Source: Marsupella aquatica (taxonomy: Eukaryota; Plantae; Marchantiophyta). Taken from it: a stretch of 64,000 nucleotides of DNA. The position numbers and the translations under genes were made by a program. Below, one piece after another: positions 48,106-61,790 of this stretch (the first letter of the stretch is position 1; each line of letters opens with the position of its first letter). The notes under the pieces are model-generated. The model ran no database searches. It was not told the origin of the DNA and saw nothing but the letters and a program-made list of their open reading frames with translations. The DNA lies in assembly GCA_973895155.1 (NCBI GenBank), contig OZ316891.1, positions 24,799,899 through 24,863,898 on the forward strand, in the 5' to 3' direction.

Positions 48106-51100
48106 ATGGGGGATTCGGTGCTGTCCATATTTTCGAGATACGCAGAGTTGGGGGACCCAGCGCTGTCAACATTATCAATAATTCTGGCCGTGGTGTTGGG
48201 TGGGGCTATTCTGTTGTGGGCGAAGCGATCGTACACTCTGTACTCATGTCGAAGGCCCGATGTCGTGCTGCCGAAAGGCACTCTGGGCTGGCCTATCGTT
48301 GGAGAATCATTGGACTTTCGTCGTGACCCATTGCAATTTGCTCATTCTCACGTCAGGAGGTAATCTTGGTCATGAACTGAACAGGCATGATCTTCAGAAT
48401 TTTGGCGGGCAACGTCCCTGTGTAGGTAGTTGCATGCCTCGCGTTCAAAGACTAGTCTGAAATATCTACGCGCCAAGGCTTCGAATGGTTAAGAGCTCGA
48501 GTTAATGTCAGACCATTTGGGGCAGCGACTCAATTGCAAATTGCAAAAGGAACCACAAAGTGCGGATGTTTGGGACATCTTCAGCTCAATGTCTGAAAGT
48601 TGTGAGTTGATCAATGCAGATATGGAAGTATGTTTAAAGCGAACATATTTCTACACCCAACAATATGTGGAACAACTCCGGAGTTCGTCAAATTCGTTAA
48701 TGGCAATCCCCAACTCTTCCGACGGGCATTCCCGGAAAGCTTCAAACGAGTTCTCGGACCCACCACGTTTGCATTCCAGGAGGGTCCACCGCATCTGTCT
48801 GTCAGGAAGTTGGTCCTGAAATCTATTGGTCCAGAAGGTCTCCGGCATCAGGTCCATAGTTTTGAGAACATTGTTCTCGAACACATGGCCTCGTGGGCGC
48901 GCGCTGCGACTGTTGTTGGATGTGAAGCAGTGCAGAAAGTGGGCCGTTTATTTTCAATCCTAAACTTCTTTCTTTAATCACTCAGTTCAATTCATTTTCG
49001 TTGTCCTTCAGCGTTTAGTCTTTTTCTTGGAGTACTTAGTAATTGTGTGCGATTTTATTCGAGTACTTAGTACTTCTGTGCGATTTCTTTTCTCGTTCAA
49101 TTCGTTTCCAGTCCCCGGTAAGCAACTGTAGTATAATAGGCAGGGTCTATATTTTTAATCCATTTTTATATGGACTAAAAAGTTGACTGTTCCAAATAAT
49201 TAAGATTTGAAAAAACCTGTATTTTCCATTTTTAAAAATTAACAAGTCATATAAAAAGTTTGGTTTCGTTTTTTTTCCATATGAAGTTAACAAATTGGTT
49301 ATAGATCCTTATATTAAAAAAAATCAATATGATTTAGTTTTGATCAATTTCATATATCAAAACATATTTGGTTTTTGTAAGGTACATGTTTAAATTACTT
49401 GATTGAGTTGAGAGATATAATATATAATATTTTAGTAAACTTGACTAAAATGAAATATAAGATGATCAATTGGATATAGGGTAATTATAAGGAATTAAAA
49501 ATTTGTCTTATAATAAGAGGAGAATTGTATAACCGGGTTTGCAGTATTCTCAATTAATTCTTCCCGTCATTATGTATTGTATGCTCTTGAGATTCCTAAA
49601 AATAACCTTTGTCTGAATTGTTTATGTCAACTGGCAGCTTACGTGGGACGCTAGCAACTGTGTTCTATTTGGAGATAAGAACATTTCTAGCTCACCACAA
49701 GGAAGGAAGAATATGAAAAACTTTAAGATGGCCAATGGGGGAGTAGCAGCGATGCCAGTGAATCTTCCAGGAACGCAGTTTAACAAATGCATGAAGGTAC
49801 GCGATCTGTCGGATGTTTGGCCAGCAGTTTGGACTTGAAATTGAATCTTGCCCGAGGCTATTGAACACTACTCAGAGAACTGACAGAAGGCCAAGTTTGG
49901 ACTTGAAGATGAGATCGTGCCCTAGCTAGGCTCTTGATCGAACACTGCTCCTCGAACTGAAGGCTAGTCAGATACAGGTAGATAGAGATGAACAATGAGT
50001 ACTTGTCGAATCTTAAATCATAGCGAAAGCGAGGTCGAGAATGATAAATCATTTTGGATGACAACATTCCCTTCGTATCAGAAAGCGAGGTCGGTGGATA
50101 GATTTCAACAAGGCAGGCTTGTCGAAGCTGAAATAATTCCAATAGTATCAAAAAGAAAGGTCGAGAATGATAATTAACTTCGATGAGAACACATATGAAC
50201 ATTTGTGTTTTCCTGAATACCTTCATTTGATTGATTGGATGTTGTCTTTGTCAGGCACGGGCAGAATTGATCGCATACTTCAAAAGTCTGATTGAGCCGA
50301 TGACGAAGGGCCAAATGGCTTCCGAGGGCGTTTTCTTCGCAGCTCTATTGGCAGCTCGGAATGATCCTGACGGGCTGGAAGAGCTGAAAAATCTCGATGA
50401 TGTCAAACTTGCCGAGAACATGCTCTTACTAAACGCCGGTGCTTCTAACACTACCTCCTCGACTCTTGTATGGGTCCTTAAGTATCTGATTGACTATCCA
50501 GAGGTCTTTCGCCGTTGCCAGGTATGGACATACTTCGCTTCTCGGGTTCAATCCGGCATGGTCTTTCGGATATATTGAGGTCTGGAGTTTGAATTGGCAG
50601 TAGAATTTTGAACGTGATAGGTGGTAGTTTGTCGAAATTATGCCAGCACACAGCATTCCATATCGCCAGATTGGTCGTTACCGAATTAAATCTATGTCAC
50701 CTTTAACAGACAGCCCAGCCTCCCGTCGAGGAATGTCGTTCTCAGTTTTTATCTGGTCCATCCTTCTCAGATCTTCTACTGTACTAACCCTAGCTCATAC
50801 CATGTGAGCAGGCTGAACAGCAAGAAATTCTCAAAACCAAAGACCTTTCCGTCGAAGGACCCAGGCTTACTTGGGACGATACGAAGAAAATGGTTTATAC
50901 TCTTAAGGTATTATGCTTGATTACCCCTGGACATCCACAGAAAGTGCATTCCCAAGTGGATTTCAACTATAATGCACGCTAGTTTAATATGAAGTTATAA
51001 ACGAAGTGGATTGAATTATAATGGACACGAGTCGACTATGAAGTTGTTTAGAGACCGGCTCCATCCTTGCGGATGCTCCAACCTGTTAAAATATAATTAG

Positions 51101-52619
51101 TTGACGAGAATTCTAGAAAGTACAAGCGACTGGCATACTTAATTCGTCTGAGTTACTGGATGCAGTTCTTTCAAGAAGTCCAGAGAAGCCTTACAATCCT
51201 CCCTGTTCTTTTCAAAGAGGCAACCGAAGACGTTAACTTTGAAGGTGAGTAATCTGAGTTACCAGAGTGTTCAATTATCGTGCAATCCTACCATTGCAAC
51301 AGCTACGAGTGTTGCACGTTCTTGAATGGGATTGCTAATGAATATAGTTCGAATTCCCACGCATTCAGCCAGCAAAATTTGTCAGCTTCACAGTGTGCAT
51401 AATTAGGTTCGGATTCGATGTAGGTACAGTACGTTCATTCAGAGTGATCTAGCTCTAAGGGTCTCTGCCAGCACAAGCTTCTCAAGACATATAAGCTGAT
51501 TCTTCGAAGAAAACATGTCGTAGCTCTATGAACGAGTCCTGAAATTATGCGTTCGAGAAGAAACTCGTGCCACGTCACATATGAAGGTCATAAATGTCTA
51601 CCGATCATGCAGGTCATCTAATACCAAAGGGCTGGAGAGTGATTCCGTTGACCAATTACATTCACACGGATCCTGCCAATTATCCCGACCTTAATTTCAA
51701 CCCCGATCGATTCGATGTGAGTAGTGTACTATCTTTCTCCTCAGTCAGGTTTTGAATCAAAGATTTGATTTTCTGAGAACTAATAGAACACAATTTTGTT
51801 TTCCTCAATGAGTTAGTGCACCTGACCTGACTTTCACTCGGTATAATTTACCTCTTTCGATTGGGGAAACTTCTGCAGGTGTCCCCGAAACCATACACTT
51901 ACCTTCCATTCAGTGTTGGGCCTCACATGTGTCCGGGGATTGAAATGGCCAAGCTGATTGTCTGCATCTTCGTTCATTATCTCACTACGACTTACACGTA
52001 AGTACCCATTGATATACCTGACCTTAATTTGACAGAGCAAGGTACAGTTAGTCCGTGTCTTTCCCTTTGAAATGCAGCCTCCTATCCAGCCCAGTCTGAA
52101 GGGAGTCGACAGACTTGCAGAGTGACATCTAGAACTTGAGGCTGATTCATTTGTATCCACCCACCTAAAACGTTTCTTGTGACTTTAGTTTACATTTTCA
52201 TTAAAAGTTTATGGGACAGAAGCCCCTGACCAACCTTGCTCCCGATTGAAATCCTCGTGTTCCTGCCAGGATGTAATCCCCAACATATGTTTTTCAATGT
52301 TTACTTGTCGGCCTACTCTAGGGGCCATGGCCTGTAACCCCTAGTGTATTTAGCCCATGTTAAGCCCCTAGAGGAACCACCTAGCTCAGGATGAGACTGC
52401 ACATTCAACATGTCTGTCATTTCAATGATGTGAAAGACCCCTACATCTCACTACCCCAATTATAAATTGACTCCACCATTCCGATTTTGACTTGCATGAT
52501 TCTTTTGTTGTTTATGCAGGTATGAGAGAGTTGGACCTGATCAGGGTATGATGTACGATGAGTTTTGCCCCAAGCCAATAGGGGGATATCCCATCAAAGT
52601 GAGTCCTAGGACAGGGTAA
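48106..52619 (+). CDS. Cytochrome P450, CYP85 clan (CYP707/CYP88-like), 9 exons, 498 aa
   Basis: Exons 48106-48359, 48620-48938, 49638-49796, 50255-50521, 50812-50907, 51166-51244, 51613-51716, 51879-51997 and 52520-52619. All introns are GT-AG and the exons total 1497 nt in frame. Shows a TM anchor, LPKGTLGWPIVGES, EVQR (ExxR), NPDRF and heme motif FSVGPHMCPG. Confidence 0.92.
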
Positions 52620-55600
52620 CTTGAACGTTTCGCATGGTATGATAGCGCAGAAGCCTCTTATAATTACATGCCCCACTAAAGTTCGGTGAGCATGTGGTTG
52701 GTTGAGCATATATGGGTTGACGTACGTATGATTCCAAAACAAAAAGATTCTGAGCCAGTTAAGCCATGCTTGACTTCTCGTCGAACCAGCAGTTCGATGA
52801 AACGGATGCCAACTATTGCGCCCATACCAAAGGCAAAGAGTTACAAAGCTACAGTGACATATTATTACATATATGTTTAAATGATGATATGATCAACTTT
52901 TGAAGCTACGTGAGCTTCCAATTTATTAATATGAATTTACTTTTTATATGGTGATGTCTGGGAAGGTTTGACAAATACATCAAAACTTTGGAATGATTGA
53001 ATTGATCTACTTTGGAAGCTATTGAACTTCCTATGAAAAACTTTGAGCTCCAGTTTTTCTAGGAGTAGACAATGTCAAATCTTTTTATTTATTTTAAAGG
53101 GAAAATCTGTGAATTAAACTTCACAAAAAAGAAATAGTCAGCCACAATAGTTGAAACCAAGACCACAATAGTTGAACCCAAGACCTATCACTCAGTCTCT
53201 ACTCAAGTGAGCTACCACAAAATCATGCCTATTTGGGCTGACAATGTCAACCTTTATCCACATCACTATAGAAAAGCCTTGGCGGATTCCCGGAAAGTAC
53301 CGACAGAATCTATGGCTAACAATTTATAATATCCAAACGTGTAACTTCTATCCAAGGGCAGTTTCAAGTTATCAAAGGAACACATTCAAGTGTGGATTAC
53401 ATATTTTTGCCCATTCTTTGAGAGACGAGCTTGGAGAACCTATAGGCTTGACCCCTAGGCAGCTGGGCCCTCACTTAGTGTAAATAATATGTATACACCT
53501 GTGATCAACCCCTCTCTTGACCCTTATTACTTGGCTGCCCCCCCCCCCCCCTCCTAACGTTTCCTGATTTAGATATAAAATAAAATTTGAGGTCTTGTCT
53601 CCACCCCTTCCCATCTTATAGAAGCCTAGATAAGAGGTTCACAAACCCCTGGATTTGATGCGTCTTGAATAGTGTTCAAAATAGTTAGTTTACTATTTTT
53701 CAACAAATTACTTAATGAAATACATTATGTTTTTTGAATCTCTTCCCAAACTGTTTCCTGTTGTGCAACCGCTGTTGCTGACGCATCTTTAGTCTAAGGA
53801 TAGAGGCCAGAGAGCCTACCAGAAAAGAAACTGTGAAGCTCCAGCATCACCACGTCTGCAAGTTGGTATTTGTAATCTTGGCCTATAGCACACAATCTTT
53901 TGAAGAGCGGACGTGCTACTAGCAGAACTACACAACAAGACACGACGGCGATGCGTCAAGACAGGTGAACACTCTGAAATGCCAACTACATCTAATTTCT
54001 AACACCTCACCAGCAACTGATCTCGTTGTTCTTTGTTATTGCCAACTCCTGCTCCTGTGGTGTGTTTGACCTATAATCCAAAACGAAAAACAGATTATTC
54101 TGGTCAACAATTCTGGTATCGTTGGTTAGACATTGTTCTCTGGCTGAACACAAATTTACGATCAGACAAATAATACGTAAAGACACCTTTCCCAAAATAG
54201 AGCTACTCCAAGAAATGCTGAAATGTAATGAAGAAGTAAGGAGCTTGTAAAGTTAGAGCTACAAGGCCTCCTAGTAATCTCCACCGCGTTGTTGATGTCT
54301 CGAATGTCTCGGAGATGTTCCCTTCTTCAGACCGACCCCAGATAGAGGAAGCGTTCCCTTCCTCTTGGAGACGTTCCCTTCCTCAACCGACCAAACTTTG
54401 CAAAGAATTTTAATTAGACAGGTTATGCTTATCAAAATGAGGCAATAGTCTGTAATTTTTGGAAGTGATAGTTTGCAAATCCAGTACTCACCTGTACTCC
54501 ATTTTGCATCGCCAACTGCATGTTGAATTTCTCGCTCACCCCGTTAATCAAGGGTGTCAAAGCTGTAGAGGAACCAACTAACTCCTCCTCCACAAATGAT
54601 TTTCACACGTGAGCTAGTGCTTGTCCATAATCCATATTTGGACTTGAGGAGACTAAGGCTGCAGCTTCCATTTTCAATTTTTGAGTTCTGTTGTCACACC
54701 ATTCTAGGTAGTGTTATCTGAGTGTATTGTACTATCTAGATCCGTATGTTTGGTATGTGTGCTATATGAGCCGATAAGGTTCCGTTAGGTTTGTGTGAGA
54801 GGGTAGTTCTCTCTTGTGAGGCATTGAAAGGTTATCTTTCAATGTTGAGCCTTGGAGAGGGGAGCTTGTGTGGTGGCTATGGTGGCTGAGAGCTCTCTCT
54901 ATGTAGCGTGGATTGCTTGAGTGTAAGGTGCATTGGCTCGACATACATGTGTGATTGGATTGCACGGGATTGAGTGCGTATTGTTGGCGTCGATAGTTGT
55001 TCCGATTGTATTGAGATTACATTGAAAGATCAGGCATCAGACTCTGACTGTTGTTGTTGGACGGAGCTTTGATTTTCAGTTTGATTGTGTTTGGTGACGG
55101 TTTGTGGTATCTTGGATTGTGCATTGTATTGCTTGATTGGATCGCCGGTATGTGGATCCAAGTTGAGATCGTGTGAGTTTGATTCTTGAGCGGATCTGGA
55201 GTTGGAGGTTCGCCAGATCTGTAGCCTATCCGTGGCTCTAATCGTTTGTGTTCGGTTGAGTTGTACCGATTCGCTACAACTAGATCACGTGCGGTGCTCT
55301 ATGGGGGGTGAATGTTCGATCTGCTGATTTGCGATTGGACAGTATGCTGCTGTCAACCGCATTTGTGTGAAGGGATCAATCCGACGAATGTTGCTGAATT
55401 TGTAGTCTTGCCAATGACCGATGCACTCTGCACACTGAACCTGCGTTTCTCGAAAGGAAACAACTATTGCATGTTGCCAAATTGGGCTCCGTGACGGGAC
55501 GTGGCGCTGAGTGTAACCGAGGCGGCTGTCGATTAGAAGCGAAAACCACATTTTTGTGAAGGAAACGACTGTCACATGTTGCTATTTTGGCGGTGCAGAC

Positions 55601-55737
55601 TGTACGTTGTTGGCGCAACACTGAAAGTTGCTACTTTTACCGCTGATCCGAAGCAGCCGTCGTGCGCCAATTCGGAAGCAGCCATTGGCTAGGAATGTTG
55701 ATGCATTTTGTGAAGGCAAAGTTTGAATGTTGCCAAA

Positions 55738-55858
55738 CCCAAAAGTCGATTCGGCGTAGCTAAGCGTTACGGGCTCACCCAAAAGTCGATTCGGCGTAGC
55801 GAAGCGTTGCGGGCTCACCCAAAAGTCAATTCGGCGTAGCGGGCGTGAAGGGCTCACT
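55738..55858 (+). repeat. Short tandem repeat, 40-bp unit x ~3
   Basis: CCCAAAAGTCGATTCGGCGTAGC...GGGCTCA recurs at 55738, 55778 and 55818. Confidence 0.8.
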
Positions 55859-56269
55859 CTTAGCTCATCTCGGCGCTTCAAGGCAACTCGGGACGAGGGG
55901 CGTGAGGTCAGAGCAGGAGCGGGCGGGCCAGCAAGCCAGCTTGCTGGTATGTGAGGAGTAGTTGCAAGCTGTTGAAATTGGAGCGACCAATTTGGTGCAT
56001 AACTACAAGTGAGAGGTCACCCATCCCAAAGCTATTCCTTCCCCACACGCTTAACTATGTGGTTCTTAAGTGCTTGTGTGTACACACATTCCTTTCTACT
56101 TTGATGTTAAGAAATGAACACTTAGGAATTTTATACACAGTCATTCTAGTTTGTTTAGAGTGTCATTTTGGGCCAAATTATAAGCTCTTGTGAGGTTTTT
56201 GATGCTTCTGAGTTCATCCGGATGCATGGATTGAACCAATTTTGCATGGATTCTTAGCTACGACATTGA

Positions 56270-57518
56270 TGTGGTGCATCCCATGGCTCCCTAAACCAAA
56301 GAAACCCCCCTTGCACAAGCCGATTCCCGCACGTTTCGCTCTCGGCAAGGCTGATTCCGCGGCTTAGCGGCATGGGACGCTGCTAACCTTCTATTAACAT
56401 TTTACACACATATACTGGACAGATCCTTCATGAATTGGGTCATGAGATACGTAGCCGGCCTTTTCTATGCCTTCCCTTGTCCTCCTCTCCTGGTCTTCCT
56501 TTAGGTATGTTTGGATTCTGCCGCCGGAATGATCCCCAAGTGGCTTGGGTGAGCCGCTAAGACCTCTTTCAGCTTGACACATCCAACTCTTACTACCTTG
56601 CTTACTCCCTTCTCTTGGTTGACGTGGGCAATCCTCAAACAAGTTAATGCGACACACAAATAGCAAAATGACTCCTTCTGACTAAGTTATACCATGCACT
56701 AGCCATACAAACAATACTTCTCATACACAAGATCTGCGATGGGTTTCTCTGCTGTCGGCCTTTGTTCTTGAACCTCCTCTGGTGCCCTTGCCTGCAGGGG
56801 AAGTACCGGGGCAAAGATCTGACTTTGGGCATACCGGCACAACAGCGGCATGTGATAGCCAAGCCGGGACACGCTTCCCATGCCGATCACCTGTTGTTCC
56901 TCCTTCAAGATCTTCTTTAGTTGGGTGAGGAGGTACCCGTTGTAGTCCCGGCTTGGGTCTGGCCTCTCCGCCAAGTAGACCTGTGCCTTGCCGATCTCTG
57001 GCCTCGGCAAGTTGCAATGCATAGTTACCCGCAAGAAATTTGTCATCTCTCCGATGTGCGGGTTGGTGCAGGTGTTCTGGAAGAAGCCATTCTTTGTTGA
57101 TGGCCCTGGGAACGACCAAAACTTCTTGTCTGGCAAGGTCTTCCTGGTATCTACTTTGGTCTTATTGCCCATTGGCAAGCCAAACGCTTCGGCAATCACC
57201 CGGGGAGTGAGATAGAAATCCTTCCCATACACCCTTGTGGAATTGGTCTCGGGCTCTCATGATCCCACAAATTCTAATAAGTCTGAATCCGGCACCTACG
57301 GCTTCAGCCATGGTAATTTCATGAAGGCTTCCAAGCCGGATCCGGCCATGAAGCCTTGGTATTTCCGAGTCTGCATAGTCGTAAAGCATGCATCCTCTTC
57401 TCGTGCAAAGTGTAGTTGCACCTCCTCGGGGAGGGTCGCCGCCCAGCCTTTCCAGATGTCATCTCTTGTTGGAACGGCATTGATGGGATCAACCTCCTCT
57501 TCTTTGACTTCTCCCTTC
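56270..57518 (-). mobile_element. Family-A LTR remnant (3' end plus part of the ORF), with internal deletion
   Basis: TGTGGTGCATCCCATGG terminus at 56270, a deletion junction near 56740, and ORF 56699-57232 matching the conserved core. Confidence 0.9.
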
Positions 57519-60500
57519 TGTGAGTATTGGGTAATACCAAAAACCTGAAATTACTAAAAAATTTAAACTTTTTACAGTGTTTAAGCATGTTGTTGCTATT
57601 AAAGTGCCAAGTGTAAACTACGGGTATACTTTATAATGGGATTATGCATTTATGCGTATAAGCGTTACGGGTTTATGGGTTTACGGGTTTATGGGTTTAC
57701 GGGTTTATGATGTTATGAGTTTATGCCAATACGGGATTACGGTTTACGCCTTACGCATTTAAGGAAAGTTCACGTTATGGCGCTACGGCTAACTTCGCAA
57801 CGGGACTTAGCAACGGAACGGGGACTTCATGCCTTGATAGGAACCAAGCACAGAGTTTAGGGGCTCACTCTTGTCTCTTCACCACCCCTATTCACTTGCC
57901 CTTTCCCTTCGAAAGTAACCTTTGCAGCACGCAAATTATTGTTGCAGCTATGGCAACCCTGGGTGCTAAGGAACAGTATCAAATTGAAGCTCTAGCAGTC
58001 TCAAAAGTAGTGGCAGCTCGTATACCACGAGCGCCTGATAGTCTTTCTAATTTACAAGACTCTTTACAGCACTTAGGATTGGAACGCTTACTCAAGATTC
58101 CCTGGAATGTCAAGCTTGACTCCTACTTGCAAGATTTTGTAAAGGGGACTATCATCCCGATTGAATTCAGGCAAACGATTCAAGCTCGCCCCAGCCTGTG
58201 GATTGTTGAGCAAATTGCTTACACCTTTGGATGCCTGTCAGAAGGAGAGGCGTTATATTCCAAGAAGCAGGACTTATCTACTCCATACTTCTCAGGAACT
58301 CAAAATCTCAAAAATGGCTGGAACTTGTCCCAGTGTACTTATCCTGAATTGAGAGTGCTCATGGAATTTCTGGTACCCATTCTTCATCCGAAAAAGCCAA
58401 CCCTCTGCCTTGTGGCCTTGGCTAACACTATTGTAGCTGCTCACAGTGGAGCTATAAAAGTAAATTGGGCCCTACTTCTGTTTAATGTAATGAAGGATCA
58501 AGTAAGGAGCTTGGAATCGGGGAGGACCACTTGCTTGCAGAATTATCTCTCTCAGCTCTATTATGCCCATGACTGTTTACATCTTGAGGAAGAGACAGAG
58601 AGGGGGTTACTCCTAATTGACCTGGGTATTGAAGAAGAAATTCCCATGGAAGACATGTACATGTCACCCCATTGAATTTGAATGATCAAAACGTTGAGGA
58701 GAATGTTGATGTTCCTATGGAGGATGCTTCATTAGAAGTTCCTACACATTCTCCTATGCATAGCAGGGAAGTTGTTTGCCAATCAATAAGTAATGAGAAT
58801 ACCCCTAGCCGGACTATGGATGCTGATCCACTAGAAGCTGAAGAAGTAAGGAGCATTCATCAACAAGATGATGTTGCTACACCAACTGATGCTACTCCTC
58901 ATGAGACCACCAGGCCCACTCCTTCAAAAGCAGAGTTGAATCAGCAGCTTATTGATAAGTTGACATCTCTCCTCAGTTGCAGTGATGATGGACTATATGA
59001 TGTTGTTAGTAATTTGAGAATGGAGGCTGTTAGTTTGAGATCACCATTTCATGATCAGCTAAGTCTTGTCAGAATGACCTCTCCCCCAACAGAACCAGCA
59101 CCAATGGAGTTTATGATCTGTACTCCTGTCATTGTACAGCCCCCTCCCCTAGAAACAAGTGAACCCATTCCACTGACAGAAAGTATCAGTTGTGTAGCTA
59201 TTATGGATGATTTGCTAGAAATACTTCAGTGTGAACCTCGACAGATAGCATCCGTGGTCAGCAACTTGATCCAACAATGTCCAATTGCTAGTCCCACTCC
59301 TAGCCCCGGTTCGCAACATTACTGACAGCCCTGATTCCAACTATGAACCCACTGAAGGACCCACCTACAATCGGTCACAATATGAGCACCCTTACGTAAA
59401 AGAGGATATGCCTGAAGACTCTGATCCACCCTCAGATGGTGAAACTTATAGATCTTATGATAATTCTCTTGAGTCATCCCCAAGGCAGGGATTTGAAGAT
59501 GTTGATACTGCCTTAAGATCCAATCCAAACTTAGCAGCAGTTGTCACCTCATCTACTCAGACACCTCGGAATGCCACCATCGAGAGTAGATACCCGAGAC
59601 ATCCAGAGTCCCAACTGCACAGGTATGTGGAGACCAGTAAGATAATGCAGGCCAACAGACCACCGGTTGGAGAGTTTTGGAGATACTACTATCTCAAAAA
59701 GACAGAGGCCAGTTATATCTTCGACCTCAGGTGTTTTGGAACTTCCAGAGTAGAGATGGCACAATTCGATGAGTTCTGGACTGACTCTCTCTACTTCCGA
59801 CCTATTCTTGCTGTGATGCTGCTTCAAGGAGATGTGGAGGTGGAGGATCCAGATTTAGTTCTGGCATATTTTGGAAATTTGGCAGCTTATGCCCTAGATT
59901 TTGTGATTTCTTTTCTCATGCAGTGTAAGAAATCTACTTCTCCCCAGAACGCTTACCTTCCTCAAGAACCCAAGGTTACCCTTGTTTCAACCAGTTCATT
60001 AGCCGAGAAACAGAGAATCTGGAACAATGTCACCTCTCAAACTCTAGCCAACTTCAACCGGTATTTCAAAGATGTCAAATGGAGGCTTCACCCTTTCTAT
60101 TCCAGGATGCTGAACTCTGATGAATTCCTATACCATTATCCCCAAGTATATGCTGCTACTTGCAATAATTATGACGTGATTGGGATATATAGAGAAGCTC
60201 TTCGAATAGACATATGTTATCTAAGGAAGAGAATGCCCCTGATGTATCCTGAAAGACAATTGAGATGTCTACCCTACTCTCGAGGATCCCCACGCCAGGC
60301 TGAGCTAATGGAAGTTACCCAGAATCAAACTGTCACGGCAGTGGAGCTACTCGAACCAAAAGACATCCGACAACAAGCTTGAGTAGTAGTCTAAGTGTTT
60401 TTAGTTAGTTTTAAGAGTAGTGCATCTTTCCCTATTTTTCAAAATGTGTTATAGATCTTTAAAAGCTATGAAACTTCTTTAGTATATAGTCTATACATAG

Positions 60501-61387
60501 AGAAACTCACTGGCAAATTTTCAGAATTTTCTGAACCAGGAGTATAAAGTTAAAAATAGTTGAATTTGGTAAGTCTTTAAGTCTACCGCATTTACCGGAT
60601 TACGCCTTTACGTTTTTATGTTTTTACGAGTTTACGTCTTTACGCTTTTACGCTTTTACGGGTTCTTACTTAGCCATTTTCCGGCTTTTCACTTACTGAA
60701 TCGCTGTTTTGACTTTTTGAGGAATATGAAGAAGCATGTCTCTTCGACTTTATGACCTCTTACTCTATAGATTTTTACTATAAGACCCCTCCACCACTAG
60801 TGTAGTTTATGGTTAAGTTATGCATTTTTGCTTTTTCCTTGTGTTAAACTAGTTGATCATGAATCTATGAGTTCGAGATCAGGTTTAACATTTGGAGAGA
60901 CTTACCTCCTTCTTGTGTTTTTACCTATGATTATAAACACAGGAAGTAAAATTCCTTTTGTGCAAATCTTTTGAGTTGTAATGACAGATTCCTTGTTGGT
61001 GACTCATTGCAATCTCTTGAGTTCTTAAAGTTAACTCATTGAGTTTAAGCCTTATTGAAATTGATGGATTTTCTTTCATGTTGCTTAGTACCATCTAAAT
61101 GTTAAAGTAATCACTCTTTTAGATCTTGTCTGAGTACCACTTAGAAAGAAAAGACAAGACGTGTTGACGGCACTTTAAAGGAGTACTCTAGTAAGCATTT
61201 TAGACCTGAAAAGCAATATGGATTTGAATCCTTAAGTCATTTCATTTTGACTTATGTCTAAGGAGCAACCTTGGTCAATTCCAGACTCCCTTAGCATACT
61301 TTAAGATATTTTTCCTTGTGTTTTGTTAGTCATTTATCACAGTATTCATTAAAACTGGAAATTTAAAAGTCCAGATTGTGATCCTCA
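57519..61387 (+). mobile_element. Family-C putative ORF-containing LTR inserted into the family-A remnant
   Basis: Begins TGTGAGTATT exactly where family-A homology ends, and TTACG/TTATG microrepeats flank the ORFs. The right boundary (...GATCCTCA) is uncertain and no TSD is seen. Confidence 0.45.
57950..60382 (+). pseudogene. Accessory protein with the same conserved core domain plus an unrelated C-terminal domain; split over three overlapping ORFs
   Basis: LGLERLLKIPW..DFVKG..IAYTFG..EG..YFSG..KNGW..CT..LMEFL..LHP..VNWA. ORFs 57896-58675, 58672-59325 and 59285-60382. Confidence 0.6.
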
Positions 61388-61790
61388 AATTTACATTCTT
61401 GTCTCTAAAAAGTCCATTAATTTTGCTCCAAATAAACAATTTTTCAAGACTAAATATACACTCTTTTTGGTTTAAAATTACACTTTTGCACTCCAAATTT
61501 GATTTTAATCAATTAATCATAATACAGAAATTATTAATATTAATTGTATTTGAAATTAAATAGATAAGTGACAAACATGTATCATTTGGTCAAAAACTCA
61601 TGATTAAATTCAAAGTGAGATTAATCATCTCATTTATCATAACATATATTCAAGGTTGGCTAGCCATAATGTCGATCCTACTCCAATGGTCAAGCTAGTG
61701 TAAAGTCCAAAGTAGTTCTATGACCTGTGAAATAGAAAAATGATTGCATGACTCCAATCTTGTGTCCTACAATGTACAGAAACATAATGA

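Noticed and set aside
52620-55700. Additional genes or retroelement fragments downstream of the P450
   Set aside because: Only short ORFs without convincing motifs; probably decayed repeats that cannot be classified by eye.
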